This document shows, one piece after another, positions 55,979-64,000 of a stretch of DNA of 64,000 nt. Both the position numbers and the translations under genes were made by a program. This stretch comes from an uncultured Chloroflexia bacterium (GTDB lineage Bacteria; Chloroflexota; Limnocylindria; Limnocylindrales; CSP1-4), in assembly GCA_963728605.1 (NCBI GenBank), contig CAVSKS010000009.1, positions 205,447-269,446 of the forward strand. Direction: 5' to 3'. Every line of letters begins with the position of its first letter. The stretch's first letter is position 1. Under the pieces are notes generated by a model. It searched no databases. It saw nothing but the letters and a program-made list of their open reading frames with translations, and had not been told where the DNA came from.

Positions 55979-56007
55979 TTGACGCGGCCGGTGCGGATGC
56001 CTACGCT
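55979..56007 (+). promoter_or_regulatory. sigma-70-type promoter TTGACG-N17-TACGCT
   Basis: ttgacg at 55979-55984, a 17-nt spacer, then tacgct at 56002-56007. The hexamers and spacing are identical to the 48210-48238 promoter. A leader of about 100 nt precedes the permease ATG. Confidence 0.45.
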
Positions 56008-56114
56008 CCCACCCGAGCCCCGGCCCCGGAGGGAGCCGGAACAGGCTGGCCCAGCGTCATCGCGTTCTCCCCAGAGGTCAGACTCGCACGGGCGCGTGCG
56101 GCGGTAGGAGGAGG

Positions 56115-57752
56115 ATGGTCGTGGCGGGATCGAACAACGCCCAGGACCAGTCGGCGCGCGATGACGCGCACCTGCGCTCGCTTGGCATCAAGCCGGAGCT
56201 CAGGCGAACCCTGGGCTTCCTGTCGAATTTCGCGATTGCGTTCAGCTTCATCAGCGTGTCGACCGGGTCGTTTGGCAACTTCGGCGTGGGGATCGGACTG
56301 GGCGGCCCGGCCTCCATTTTCTGGTCGTGGGTCCTGGTCGTGGCCGGCCAGCTGCTCGTGGCCCTCGTCTTTGCCGAGCTGGCCAGTCATTTCCCCGTCG
56401 CAGGATCGATCTACCAGTGGTCGAAGCGCCTGTCGAATCGGACCCTTGGCTGGTTCACCGGCTGGTTCTACTTCTGGGCCCAGGTCCTGACGGTCAGTGC
56501 CGTCGCGGTCATCGTCGGTTACGTGATCGCCGGCTTCACCGGCGGCGGGCAGGACTTCCTCGATTCACCGTCACCGCTGGGCGTCAGCAACATGCACACG
56601 TTCATCGCCCTGACGACGCTGGTGATCACGACGCTCATCAACGCCTTCGGCGTCCGACTGCTGTCGATCCTCAACAACATCGGCGTGGCCACCGAGATCC
56701 TCGGGATGCTCGTGTTCGCGCTGGTGCTGCTGTTCTTCGCCAACAACCAGCCGGTCAACGTGATCTTCGACACCGCCGGGACCGAGTCCGCCGTCAACGG
56801 CAACATGCTGGCGACGTTCGCGCTCGGCATGTACATGTCGATCTTCATCCTGTACGGCTTCGACACCGCCGGCACCTTCGGCGAGGAGACCGTCGACGCC
56901 GGCCGGCAGGCGCCGCGCGGCGTCATCACCTCGGTGCTCGCTTCGGGCCTGGTCGGGATCGTCTTCCTGCTGGCGGTCCTCCTGGCCATGCCGTCCGTCC
57001 CAGATGCGATCACCGAAGGCCTGGCGGGCGGGTTCCCGATCGCGACGATCATCACCAGCACCCTGACGACCGAGGTTGCGGCTGGAATCACCCTCGGCGA
57101 GCTCTACCTGCTCGTGATCCTCGCCTCGGTATTCGTCTGCACCCTCGCCATCCAGGGCGCCGCGACGCGGATGATGTTCTCGATGGGTCGGGACCGGCAA
57201 CTGCCCCTCGGCCGCGCCTGGGGCCACGTCAACACGCAATTCAAGACGCCGGCCAACGCGGCGATCGCCGTGGGTGTCCTGGCTGCCGTGCCGATCCTGG
57301 TGACCGGCCCCTTTGGCGGCTTCGTCCTGTCCATTGCCGCGACCGGGCTGATCTACCTGAGCTACCTCCTGTGCAACATCGGCGTACTGGCCGCGCGCCG
57401 CCGCGGCTGGCCGCAGGAAAGGGCGTGGTTCAGCCTTGGCCGGTGGGGCATGCCGATCAACATCCTTGCGCTCATCTACGGCGCGGTGATCCTTCTCAAC
57501 ATCTCCCTCTGGCACGCGCCAGGGTTGTTCGGCGACTTCGGCTCCGAGGGTCGCGGCTACTGGAACCCGCTGATCAACTCGTTCCTCCAGTGGTTCGGCG
57601 AACCGTTGAGCGGGCTCCCGGCGTGGCCGCTGTTCGAGACCATCGTGGGCACGCTCCTCGTCGCAGGCGCCATCTACTACCTCGTCGCGGCCCGGAATCG
57701 TCGGGAGGTCGTCGAGCCGGATCTCGCGACGGGCGAGGCACGTATCGGCTAG
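56115..57752 (+). CDS. APC-superfamily amino acid/amine permease
   Basis: 545 aa with a 12-TM-like profile. LSNFAIAFSFISVSTGSFGNFG and FAELASHFPVAGSIYQW are typical of APC permeases. GGAGGAGG lies upstream. Confidence 0.85.
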   Translation: MVVAGSNNAQDQSARDDAHLRSLGIKPELRRTLGFLSNFAIAFSFISVSTGSFGNFGVGIGLGGPASIFWSWVLVVAGQLLVALVFAELASHFPVAGSIYQWSKRLSNRTLGWFTGWFYFWAQVLTVSAVAVIVGYVIAGFTGGGQDFLDSPSPLGVSNMHTFIALTTLVITTLINAFGVRLLSILNNIGVATEILGMLVFALVLLFFANNQPVNVIFDTAGTESAVNGNMLATFALGMYMSIFILYGFDTAGTFGEETVDAGRQAPRGVITSVLASGLVGIVFLLAVLLAMPSVPDAITEGLAGGFPIATIITSTLTTEVAAGITLGELYLLVILASVFVCTLAIQGAATRMMFSMGRDRQLPLGRAWGHVNTQFKTPANAAIAVGVLAAVPILVTGPFGGFVLSIAATGLIYLSYLLCNIGVLAARRRGWPQERAWFSLGRWGMPINILALIYGAVILLNISLWHAPGLFGDFGSEGRGYWNPLINSFLQWFGEPLSGLPAWPLFETIVGTLLVAGAIYYLVAARNRREVVEPDLATGEARIG

Positions 57753-57795
57753 GGACCTCGGCCGGGCGATCGCTCGCCCGGCCATCCCCGGGGTC

Positions 57796-58743
57796 TTGAT
57801 GACCGACGACGAGCCACTCCGCGGACCGCTGCGCGACGACCTCGTCGCGGCGCTGCATCGCCTGCCCGAACTGGCCGGCACGGAGCCCGTTCTCACGGCA
57901 CTGTCCGGCGGCATAACCAACCGCAACTTCCTGGTGACGGTTGGCGGCCGCACGCGCCGCTACGTGATCCGGCTGGCCGGCAACGACACCCACCTCCTGG
58001 GCATCAGCCGGGAGGTGGAGCACGCCGCCACGGTCGCGGCGGCCGGGGTGGGGGTCGGGCCGGAGGTCGTCGGCTTCATCCGGCCGGAGGGCTACCTCGT
58101 CACCCGGTTCATCGAGGGCCGCCCGATCCCCGAGGCGTCGCTGCACGAGTCGGGGACGCTGACCCGCGTCGCCGATTCGCTGCGCCGGATCCACGGCGGT
58201 CCGGCGATCCCGGGGCTGTTCATCCCGCTCCGGGTCGTCGAGGTCTACCGAGCTCTGGCCGCGGAACGCGGGGTACCGATTCCGCCCGAGTACGACCTGG
58301 CCCGGGCCATCGGCCGCCGGATCGAGCTCGCCCTGATGGCCGCCGGCGGCGACCTCCAGCCGTGCCACAACGACCTGCTCAACGCGAACTTCATCGACGA
58401 CGGGGAGCGGGTGCGGATCGTGGACTGGGAATACGCGGGGATGGGCGATCCGTTCTTCGACCTCGCCAACTTCAGCGTCAACAACGGGCTGCCACCAGAG
58501 GCCGACGAGACGCTGCTGTCGCTGTACGACGGCACGCCGGCGCGCGTGGATCGGCTCTCTCGGCTGTCGCTGATGCGGGTCGTGTCCGACTTCCGGGAGG
58601 CGATGTGGGGCGTCCTCCAGCAGGGCATCAGCACCCTCGATGTCGATTTCGTGGCCTATGCCGGCGAGCACTTCGAGCGGCTGTTGCAGAACGCGTCCAC
58701 GCCGGCGTTCGAGCGGGCACTGCGCGAAGCCGGGGCCCGCTGA
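57796..58743 (+). CDS. choline/ethanolamine kinase - aminoglycoside phosphotransferase family kinase
   Basis: LSGGITNRNFLV, catalytic HNDLLNANFI, and IVDWEYAGMGDPFFDLANF. Confidence 0.8.
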   Translation: MMTDDEPLRGPLRDDLVAALHRLPELAGTEPVLTALSGGITNRNFLVTVGGRTRRYVIRLAGNDTHLLGISREVEHAATVAAAGVGVGPEVVGFIRPEGYLVTRFIEGRPIPEASLHESGTLTRVADSLRRIHGGPAIPGLFIPLRVVEVYRALAAERGVPIPPEYDLARAIGRRIELALMAAGGDLQPCHNDLLNANFIDDGERVRIVDWEYAGMGDPFFDLANFSVNNGLPPEADETLLSLYDGTPARVDRLSRLSLMRVVSDFREAMWGVLQQGISTLDVDFVAYAGEHFERLLQNASTPAFERALREAGAR

Positions 58744-58761
58744 CGCCGCTACGCTTCGGCG

Positions 58762-59706
58762 ATGCGCGGCCCGAGCGGTCGTGGCCTCATGGTCGTCACC
58801 GTGATCATCGTCACGGCGGTCGTCCTGGCCTCGGCGACCTGGTTCCTCTTCGGCGGGCCACGATTCCCGACGGATCCGATCGATCGGATGCCGGTGCCGG
58901 CCGGTGCCGCCGTCCTCGTTGGTGCCGGCGACATCGCTCGCTGTACCAGCGGCGCGGACGAGGCCACCGCCCGGCTCCTGGACGCGATCGATGGGACCGT
59001 GTTCACGGCCGGCGACAACGCCTACGAATTGGGGACCGAGCGCCAGTTTCGCGATTGCTACGAACCGTCCTGGGGGCGTCACAGGTCCCGGACCATCCCG
59101 GCAGCCGGCAACCACGACTGGCTCACGGATGGAGCGGCGGGCTATCACGGCTACTTCGGGGCGGCCGCCGGCCCGGGCGACGTCACCTGGTATCAGAAGG
59201 CGATCGGGTCGTGGCTAGTCGTCGTCCTCGATTCCGCCTGCTCGCAGGTCGGCGGTTGCGACGCCGATTCGGCCCAGGGACGCTGGCTGGCCGACGTCCT
59301 CGACGAGGGCGATGGGGAATGCACCCTCGCGATCTGGCATCAGCCCCGCTTCAGCTCCGGCTGGCACGGTGACGACCCGGGCGTAGCCCCGTTCTGGGAG
59401 GCGCTCCTGGCGGCCGGTGCGGAGGTCGTGGTGAATGGGCACGATCACGACTACGAGCGGTTCGCCCCGCAGAACGCCGACGGGTCGGCCAGCCCGGACG
59501 GCATCCGCCAGTTCGTGGCGGGCACCGGCGGCGCGGCGCTGCGCGACTTCGAGGCGCCGCGGCCCAACAGCGAGATCCGGGACCGGTCGACCCATGGCGT
59601 GCTTCGGCTGGTGCTCTGGCCGGATCGATACGAGTGGCAGTTCATCGGCGTCGACGGCGCGATCCGGGACCAGGGCACGGACCGCTGTCGTCAGCCGCTA
59701 CCCTGA
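58762..59706 (+). CDS. membrane-anchored calcineurin-like metallophosphoesterase
   Basis: N-terminal TM helix VVTVIIVTAVVLASATWFLF. Motifs are GAGDIA, TAGDNAYE, AAGNHDW and NGHDHDYERF. Confidence 0.8.
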   Translation: MRGPSGRGLMVVTVIIVTAVVLASATWFLFGGPRFPTDPIDRMPVPAGAAVLVGAGDIARCTSGADEATARLLDAIDGTVFTAGDNAYELGTERQFRDCYEPSWGRHRSRTIPAAGNHDWLTDGAAGYHGYFGAAAGPGDVTWYQKAIGSWLVVVLDSACSQVGGCDADSAQGRWLADVLDEGDGECTLAIWHQPRFSSGWHGDDPGVAPFWEALLAAGAEVVVNGHDHDYERFAPQNADGSASPDGIRQFVAGTGGAALRDFEAPRPNSEIRDRSTHGVLRLVLWPDRYEWQFIGVDGAIRDQGTDRCRQPLP

Positions 59707-59737
59707 CCGGCGAAGGACGGGGCCAGGAGCGGAGGAG

Positions 59738-62176
59738 ATGGCCGAGCACGCCCGGGCGGTGATCATCGGCGGCGGCGTCGGCGGAACGTCGATCGCCTAC
59801 CACCTCGCCAACCGCGGTTGGACCGACGTCGTCCTCGTCGATCGTGCCGAGCTGACGTCGGGCTCGACGTTCCATTCGGCCGGCCTGGTCGGCCAGCTCC
59901 GCCCTAGCGTGACCCTCACCCGGATGATGATGGACGGGGTGGACCAGTACCGGCGGCTGGCCGAAGCGACCGGGGTCGATCCATCGTGGCACGAGGTGGG
60001 ATCGCTGCGGCTGGCCTCGTCATCGGAACGGCTCGAGGAGCTGCATCGGCAGGTTGGCTGGGCCCGAACCTTCGGCCTGCCGATCGAGCTGGTGTCGGCC
60101 GCCGAGGCGCGGGATCGCTTCCCCCTGATGTCGACCGATGGCGTCCTGGCTGCGGTCTGGCTGCCGACCGACGGCTGGCTCGATCCGTCCGGGTTGGCCC
60201 AGGCGTTCGCTGCCGGAGCGCGGGCCGCCGGGGTCACGATCCGGACCCACACCAGGGTGGTGGGGATCGACGTCGTTGACGGACGGGTACGCGGCGTCCA
60301 GATCGACCGGGCAGGGGAGCCCAGCTCGATCGCCGCCGATGTCGTGGTCATCGCCGCCGGGATGTACTCGCCGGACGTGGGCCGCCTGGCCGGGATCACG
60401 ATCCCGATCGTGCCGATGGCCCACGAGTACGTGTTCACCGAGGCGATCGACGGCGTCCACGCGGGCCTGCCCCAGCTCCGCGATCCCGACAACCTCGTCT
60501 ACTTCCGGGAGGAGGTGGGCGGCCTTTGCATGGGCGGCTATGAGCGGAATCCGACGCCGTGGGGCCTCGATGGGATCCCGGCCGACTTCAACGGCCGCCT
60601 GCTGGCGCCCGACTGGCCGCGCTTCGAGGAGATCATGGCCGGTGCCATCCGCAGGGTGCCGGCCATCGCCGATGCGGGGATCAACCGGATGATCAATGGG
60701 CCGGAGGCCTTCACCCCCGACAACGAGTTCATCCTGGGCGAATCGGAGGTGGCCGGGCTGTTCGTCGCGGCCGGTTTCTGCGCCCACGGGATCGCCGGTG
60801 CCGGCGGGATCGGGCGGCAGCTGGCCCACTGGATCGACGAGGGTGAGCCGGAGCTGGACCTGTGGAAGATGGACATCCGCCGGTTCGGGGCCCAGTACCG
60901 CTCGCCGTCGTACGCCCTCGCCCGGACGCGCGAGGTCTACGCGACCTACTACGACATCCATTACCCCAACGAGGAACGCCTGGCCGGCCGGCCGCTCCGG
61001 GTCTCGCCGGCCTATCCGCGCCTCGCGGCGCTGGGGGCGGTCTTCGGCGAGAAGTCCGGCTGGGAGCGGCCCAACTGGTTCGCGGGCAACGAGGATCCGG
61101 CCCTCGAACCGCTCCGTCCGCGTGGCTGGGCGGGCCGCCACTGGTCGACCGCCATCGCCGCCGAGGCCCTGGCCACCCGCCGGACCGCAGCGCTGTTCGA
61201 CGAATTGAGCTTCGCCAAGATCGAGGTCGCCGGCCCCGGGGCATGCGGCCTTCTCCAGCGGTTGTGCGCCAACGACGTCGACCGGCGCGTCGGCACGATC
61301 ACCTACACCCAGATGCTCAACCGGCGGGCCGGCATCGAGTGCGACTTCACGGTCACGCGGCTCGCGCCGGAGCGGTTCCTCATCGTCACCGGGACGGCCG
61401 TCGGCAACCACGATCTGGGCTGGATCCGCCGGCACCTGCCGGCCGACGAGGGCGTGACGGTCGCCGACGTCACCTCCTCCCGGGCGTGCCTCGGGCTGTG
61501 GGGTCCCCGCGCTCGTGACGTCCTGGGAGCGGTCACCGCCGACGACGTCACCGACGCCGGCTTCCCGTACCTGACGGCCCGCCAGATCAGCGTGGGCAGC
61601 GTGCCGCTGCTGGCCCTGCGGGTGACCTATGTCGGCGAGCTTGGCTGGGAGCTCTACCCGCCGACCGAGTACGGCCTCGCGTTGTGGGACCTCCTCGTCG
61701 AGGCCGGCGTGCCACACGGCCTGGTCCCGGCGGGCTACCGGGCGATCGAGGCGCTCCGGCTCGAGAAGGGCTACCGGGCCTGGTCGACGGACATCACCCC
61801 GGAGGAGACACCCGACGAGGCCGGCCTCGGGTTCGCGGTGGCGATCGACAAGGGCGTCGACTTCATCGGGCGCTCAGCGCTCGTCGAGCGACGTGCTGCG
61901 GGTCCCCGGAAGCGGCTTCGCTGTCTCGTCCTCGACGATCCCACGGCCGTGGCCCTGGGCAATGAGCCGGTCCGGATCGACGGTCGAGTCGTCGGGCGGG
62001 TGACGTCGGGCGGCTATGGATTCTCGGTCGAGCATTCGATCGCCTATGCGTATCTGCCACCCGAACGCGCGGCCCTGGGAACCCGGGGCGAGGTCGACGT
62101 TTTCGGCGAGTGGATCGGCTGCGAGGTGGTCCGCGAGCCGCTGTATGACCCGGACGGGTCCCGGATCCGGGCGTGA
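59738..62176 (+). CDS. FAD-dependent oxidoreductase fused to a GcvT-type folate-binding domain (dimethylglycine/sarcosine dehydrogenase-like)
   Basis: Internal ATG at 59738, preceded by GGAGGAG. AVIIGGGVGGTSIAYHLA is a GxGxxG motif. The C-terminal aminomethyltransferase-like region reads ...GYRAIEALRLEKGYRAW.... Confidence 0.85.
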   Translation: MAEHARAVIIGGGVGGTSIAYHLANRGWTDVVLVDRAELTSGSTFHSAGLVGQLRPSVTLTRMMMDGVDQYRRLAEATGVDPSWHEVGSLRLASSSERLEELHRQVGWARTFGLPIELVSAAEARDRFPLMSTDGVLAAVWLPTDGWLDPSGLAQAFAAGARAAGVTIRTHTRVVGIDVVDGRVRGVQIDRAGEPSSIAADVVVIAAGMYSPDVGRLAGITIPIVPMAHEYVFTEAIDGVHAGLPQLRDPDNLVYFREEVGGLCMGGYERNPTPWGLDGIPADFNGRLLAPDWPRFEEIMAGAIRRVPAIADAGINRMINGPEAFTPDNEFILGESEVAGLFVAAGFCAHGIAGAGGIGRQLAHWIDEGEPELDLWKMDIRRFGAQYRSPSYALARTREVYATYYDIHYPNEERLAGRPLRVSPAYPRLAALGAVFGEKSGWERPNWFAGNEDPALEPLRPRGWAGRHWSTAIAAEALATRRTAALFDELSFAKIEVAGPGACGLLQRLCANDVDRRVGTITYTQMLNRRAGIECDFTVTRLAPERFLIVTGTAVGNHDLGWIRRHLPADEGVTVADVTSSRACLGLWGPRARDVLGAVTADDVTDAGFPYLTARQISVGSVPLLALRVTYVGELGWELYPPTEYGLALWDLLVEAGVPHGLVPAGYRAIEALRLEKGYRAWSTDITPEETPDEAGLGFAVAIDKGVDFIGRSALVERRAAGPRKRLRCLVLDDPTAVALGNEPVRIDGRVVGRVTSGGYGFSVEHSIAYAYLPPERAALGTRGEVDVFGEWIGCEVVREPLYDPDGSRIRA

Positions 62177-63030
62177 GCGACGTCGCCTTCGGGTCCGCCT
62201 GGTCGGCCGCGCGACGGCTGGGCACCGATGCCGAGCTGCGCGCCTGGGTCGATCTCGCCATCGCCGCCTGCGACGAGGCCGACACGCTCGCCGTGGCCGG
62301 CTTCCGGCGCGACCTGGAAGTCACCCGGAAGCCGGATCGGACCTTCGTGACCGCCACCGACAAGGCGATCGAGCGTGCCATCCGGACGCGGATCACGGAT
62401 GCCCACCCCGACCATGGTCTGGTCGGCGAGGAGTACGGGACCGAGGCCGGCCAGGCGTCCGTCCGCTGGTACATCGACCCAATCGACGGGACCCACAACT
62501 TCATCCGCGGCATCCCGCTGTTCGGCACGCTGCTCGCGGTCGAGCGCGATGGCGAGCTCCAGGCGGCGGTGATCTCGGCGCCCGCGCTGCGGGAGCGATG
62601 GTGGGGCTGGCGCGGCGGCGGGGCCTGGGCGTCTGGCGCGGTCGGGACGGTCGGGGCGCGACGGATCCGGACGTCAGGGGTGACCGCGATCGGCGACGCG
62701 CAGGTCCTCTACGGCAGCGGTCGGGACGTCGCGTCGTCGGGACGGGCGTTAGGCTTCCACTCGCTCCTCGACGCCGTCTGGCGCGAGCGCGGCTTCGGTG
62801 ACTTCTGGGGCTACGCCCTCGTCGCCGAGGGAGCGGCCGAGGCGATGCTCGAGGTCGACCTCCGGCCGTGGGATGCCGCGGCGCCGACACTGCTGATCGA
62901 GGAGGCCGGCGGCCGGGTGACCGACTTTGCGGGTCGGCGGACGATCGACAACGGCACGTTCCTGGCGACGAACGGGCCTCTCCACGACGAGATTCTCGAG
63001 CGCCTGCTCGAGGGGAAAGGGGACCGCTGA
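62173..63030 (+). CDS. inositol monophosphatase family protein (HisN-type histidinol-phosphatase possible)
   Basis: LVGEEYG, WYIDPIDGTHNFIRG and RPWDAAAPTLLIEEAGG. The GTG start overlaps the upstream stop by 4 nt. Confidence 0.8.
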   Translation: MSDVAFGSAWSAARRLGTDAELRAWVDLAIAACDEADTLAVAGFRRDLEVTRKPDRTFVTATDKAIERAIRTRITDAHPDHGLVGEEYGTEAGQASVRWYIDPIDGTHNFIRGIPLFGTLLAVERDGELQAAVISAPALRERWWGWRGGGAWASGAVGTVGARRIRTSGVTAIGDAQVLYGSGRDVASSGRALGFHSLLDAVWRERGFGDFWGYALVAEGAAEAMLEVDLRPWDAAAPTLLIEEAGGRVTDFAGRRTIDNGTFLATNGPLHDEILERLLEGKGDR

Positions 63031-63806
63031 TGCACGAGTCCGGAACCGGCCTACCTATTGAGCGACCCGTCGCGCCAGCGCCTGCACCCGAACCGATTCG
63101 CCTGACCGCTCCGGTCGCGGGACTCGACGATCCCCGGGCGTTGCAGATCCTGACTACCGAGCACTGGAGTTTGATCGCCTCGAGGTCACTGTCCTACAAC
63201 GAGGCCTTCACCCGGGCTGGGATGTTCCTCACGTTTGTCTCGATGTCGCTGGTGGCGCTGGCCCTCGTCGCGACGCCCCTGGCCTTCGGGCGCGAATTCA
63301 TGCTCCTCGCGGCGATCATCCTCGGTCTCGACATCTTCGTCGGGTTGGCCACCATCGGCCGTCTGGTGACGACGAACTACGACGATTTGCGTGCGATCCA
63401 GGGCATGAACCGGCTACGGCACGCCTACCTCGAGCTCACACGAGATCTCCAGCCCTACTTCAGCACCCCGTCACACGACGACCTTGTCGGCGTGTTGAGC
63501 TTCTACGGTGATGCGGCGGGACCTTCCTCAGGCATCGGGGCCGGGCTGCGATCCCTGGTCCACGGGCTGACGACCACGCTGGGCATGATCGTGACGGTGA
63601 CCTCGGCGCTGGGCGGAATCCTGGCCGCCCTGGTAGCGCTGCTGCTCGGGGCCGCCCTCGGTTGGGCCATCGTCGCCGCAATTGCCGGAGCCACCGCGCT
63701 GTTCGCGGTGCTGGGGGTTGCGGGTGCGATGGCATTCGACCGGTTCATGGAATCGCTGGACACCCGGTTCCCGTCGCCGCCAGTTGGTGGTGCGCCCACG
63801 CCGTAG
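63030..63806 (+). CDS. membrane protein of unknown function
   Basis: The internal ATG at 63030 overlaps the upstream stop by 1 nt. There are four or more hydrophobic segments. GC content is slightly lower than in the neighbours. Confidence 0.6.
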   Translation: MHESGTGLPIERPVAPAPAPEPIRLTAPVAGLDDPRALQILTTEHWSLIASRSLSYNEAFTRAGMFLTFVSMSLVALALVATPLAFGREFMLLAAIILGLDIFVGLATIGRLVTTNYDDLRAIQGMNRLRHAYLELTRDLQPYFSTPSHDDLVGVLSFYGDAAGPSSGIGAGLRSLVHGLTTTLGMIVTVTSALGGILAALVALLLGAALGWAIVAAIAGATALFAVLGVAGAMAFDRFMESLDTRFPSPPVGGAPTP

Positions 63807-63877
63807 GCCGGATCGCCCATCAAGCGGGACCTTCGGGCAGGTGGGAGGGAGCGCCTGGATAACCTAGCGTTCGAGGC

Positions 63878-64000
63878 ATGGCTCGTCGTCCCTCGTTCAC
63901 GCCCTTGTTCGGGGCCGCCATTGCGGTCGCCGTCGTCCTCGGCTCGACGAGTCTGGGCGCCGCCTCGCCGGCCGCGGCGGTGGTGCCCCGACCGACGCCG
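63878..64000 (+). CDS. N-terminus of a secreted protein (runs off the window end)
   Basis: ATG at 63878 gives MARRPSFTPLFGAAIAVAVVLGSTSLGAASPAAAVVPRPTP, which is signal-peptide-like. Not in the track because there is no stop in the window. Confidence 0.45.
   Translation, partial: MARRPSFTPLFGAAIAVAVVLGSTSLGAASPAAAVVPRPTP

Overview
Very GC-rich (about 70% by eye, strong GC3 bias), gene-dense chromosomal segment with about 65 protein genes. I recognised no rRNA, tRNA, CRISPR array, transposase or integrase. All calls rest on motifs read from the ORF translations and on my own translation of selected stretches; no database search was possible. The gene content looks Actinomycetota-like: ECF sigma factor, Ser/Thr kinase, tandem-GNAT MshD-like protein, HisN-type IMPase, and many leaderless-looking starts.

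Main blocks, in order:
- CopC plus a coupled membrane protein, and an M16 peptidase pair (0.8-5.8 kb).
- An ECF sigma/anti-sigma operon led by a secreted PTATAE-repeat acidic protein (7.1-9.0 kb).
- Two tandem TadE-TadE-TadG pseudopilin triads with no Flp pilin or Tad machinery nearby (9.1-15.2 kb).
- SRAP peptidase, TPR-rhomboid protease and a Ser/Thr kinase (16-19.4 kb).
- A form-II type coxS-L-M molybdoenzyme cluster with a full maturation set (MoxR/CoxD, VWA/CoxE, XdhC, MocA). It is interrupted by a lower-GC SLH-domain gene on the opposite strand (20.7-32.8 kb).
- Sugar isomerase and oxidoreductase genes plus small miscellaneous genes (33-41 kb).
- A five-gene minus-strand operon: ABC-2 exporter, an 18-Arg 71-aa ORF, RsgA and a tandem GNAT. 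It lies behind a leader containing a short uORF and a canonical U-tailed terminator (41-45.6 kb).
- mgtC divergent from an unusual triad: a degenerate secretion-ATPase-like P-loop protein, a BchI-like AAA+ protein and a long VWA protein (47.7-52.8 kb).
- A six-gene putative amine/choline-type operon (56-63.8 kb).

Three otherwise intact genes carry single-nucleotide frameshifts: the kinase, the RraA-like gene and the BchI-like ATPase. These are either pseudogenes or assembly indels. Many long ORFs in the track are antisense or off-frame artefacts of the high GC content. The most unusual items are the P-loop/AAA+/VWA triad, the duplicated orphan pseudopilin modules, the acidic-tail ECF operon and the attenuator-like ABC leader. 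None can be called novel without database comparison.
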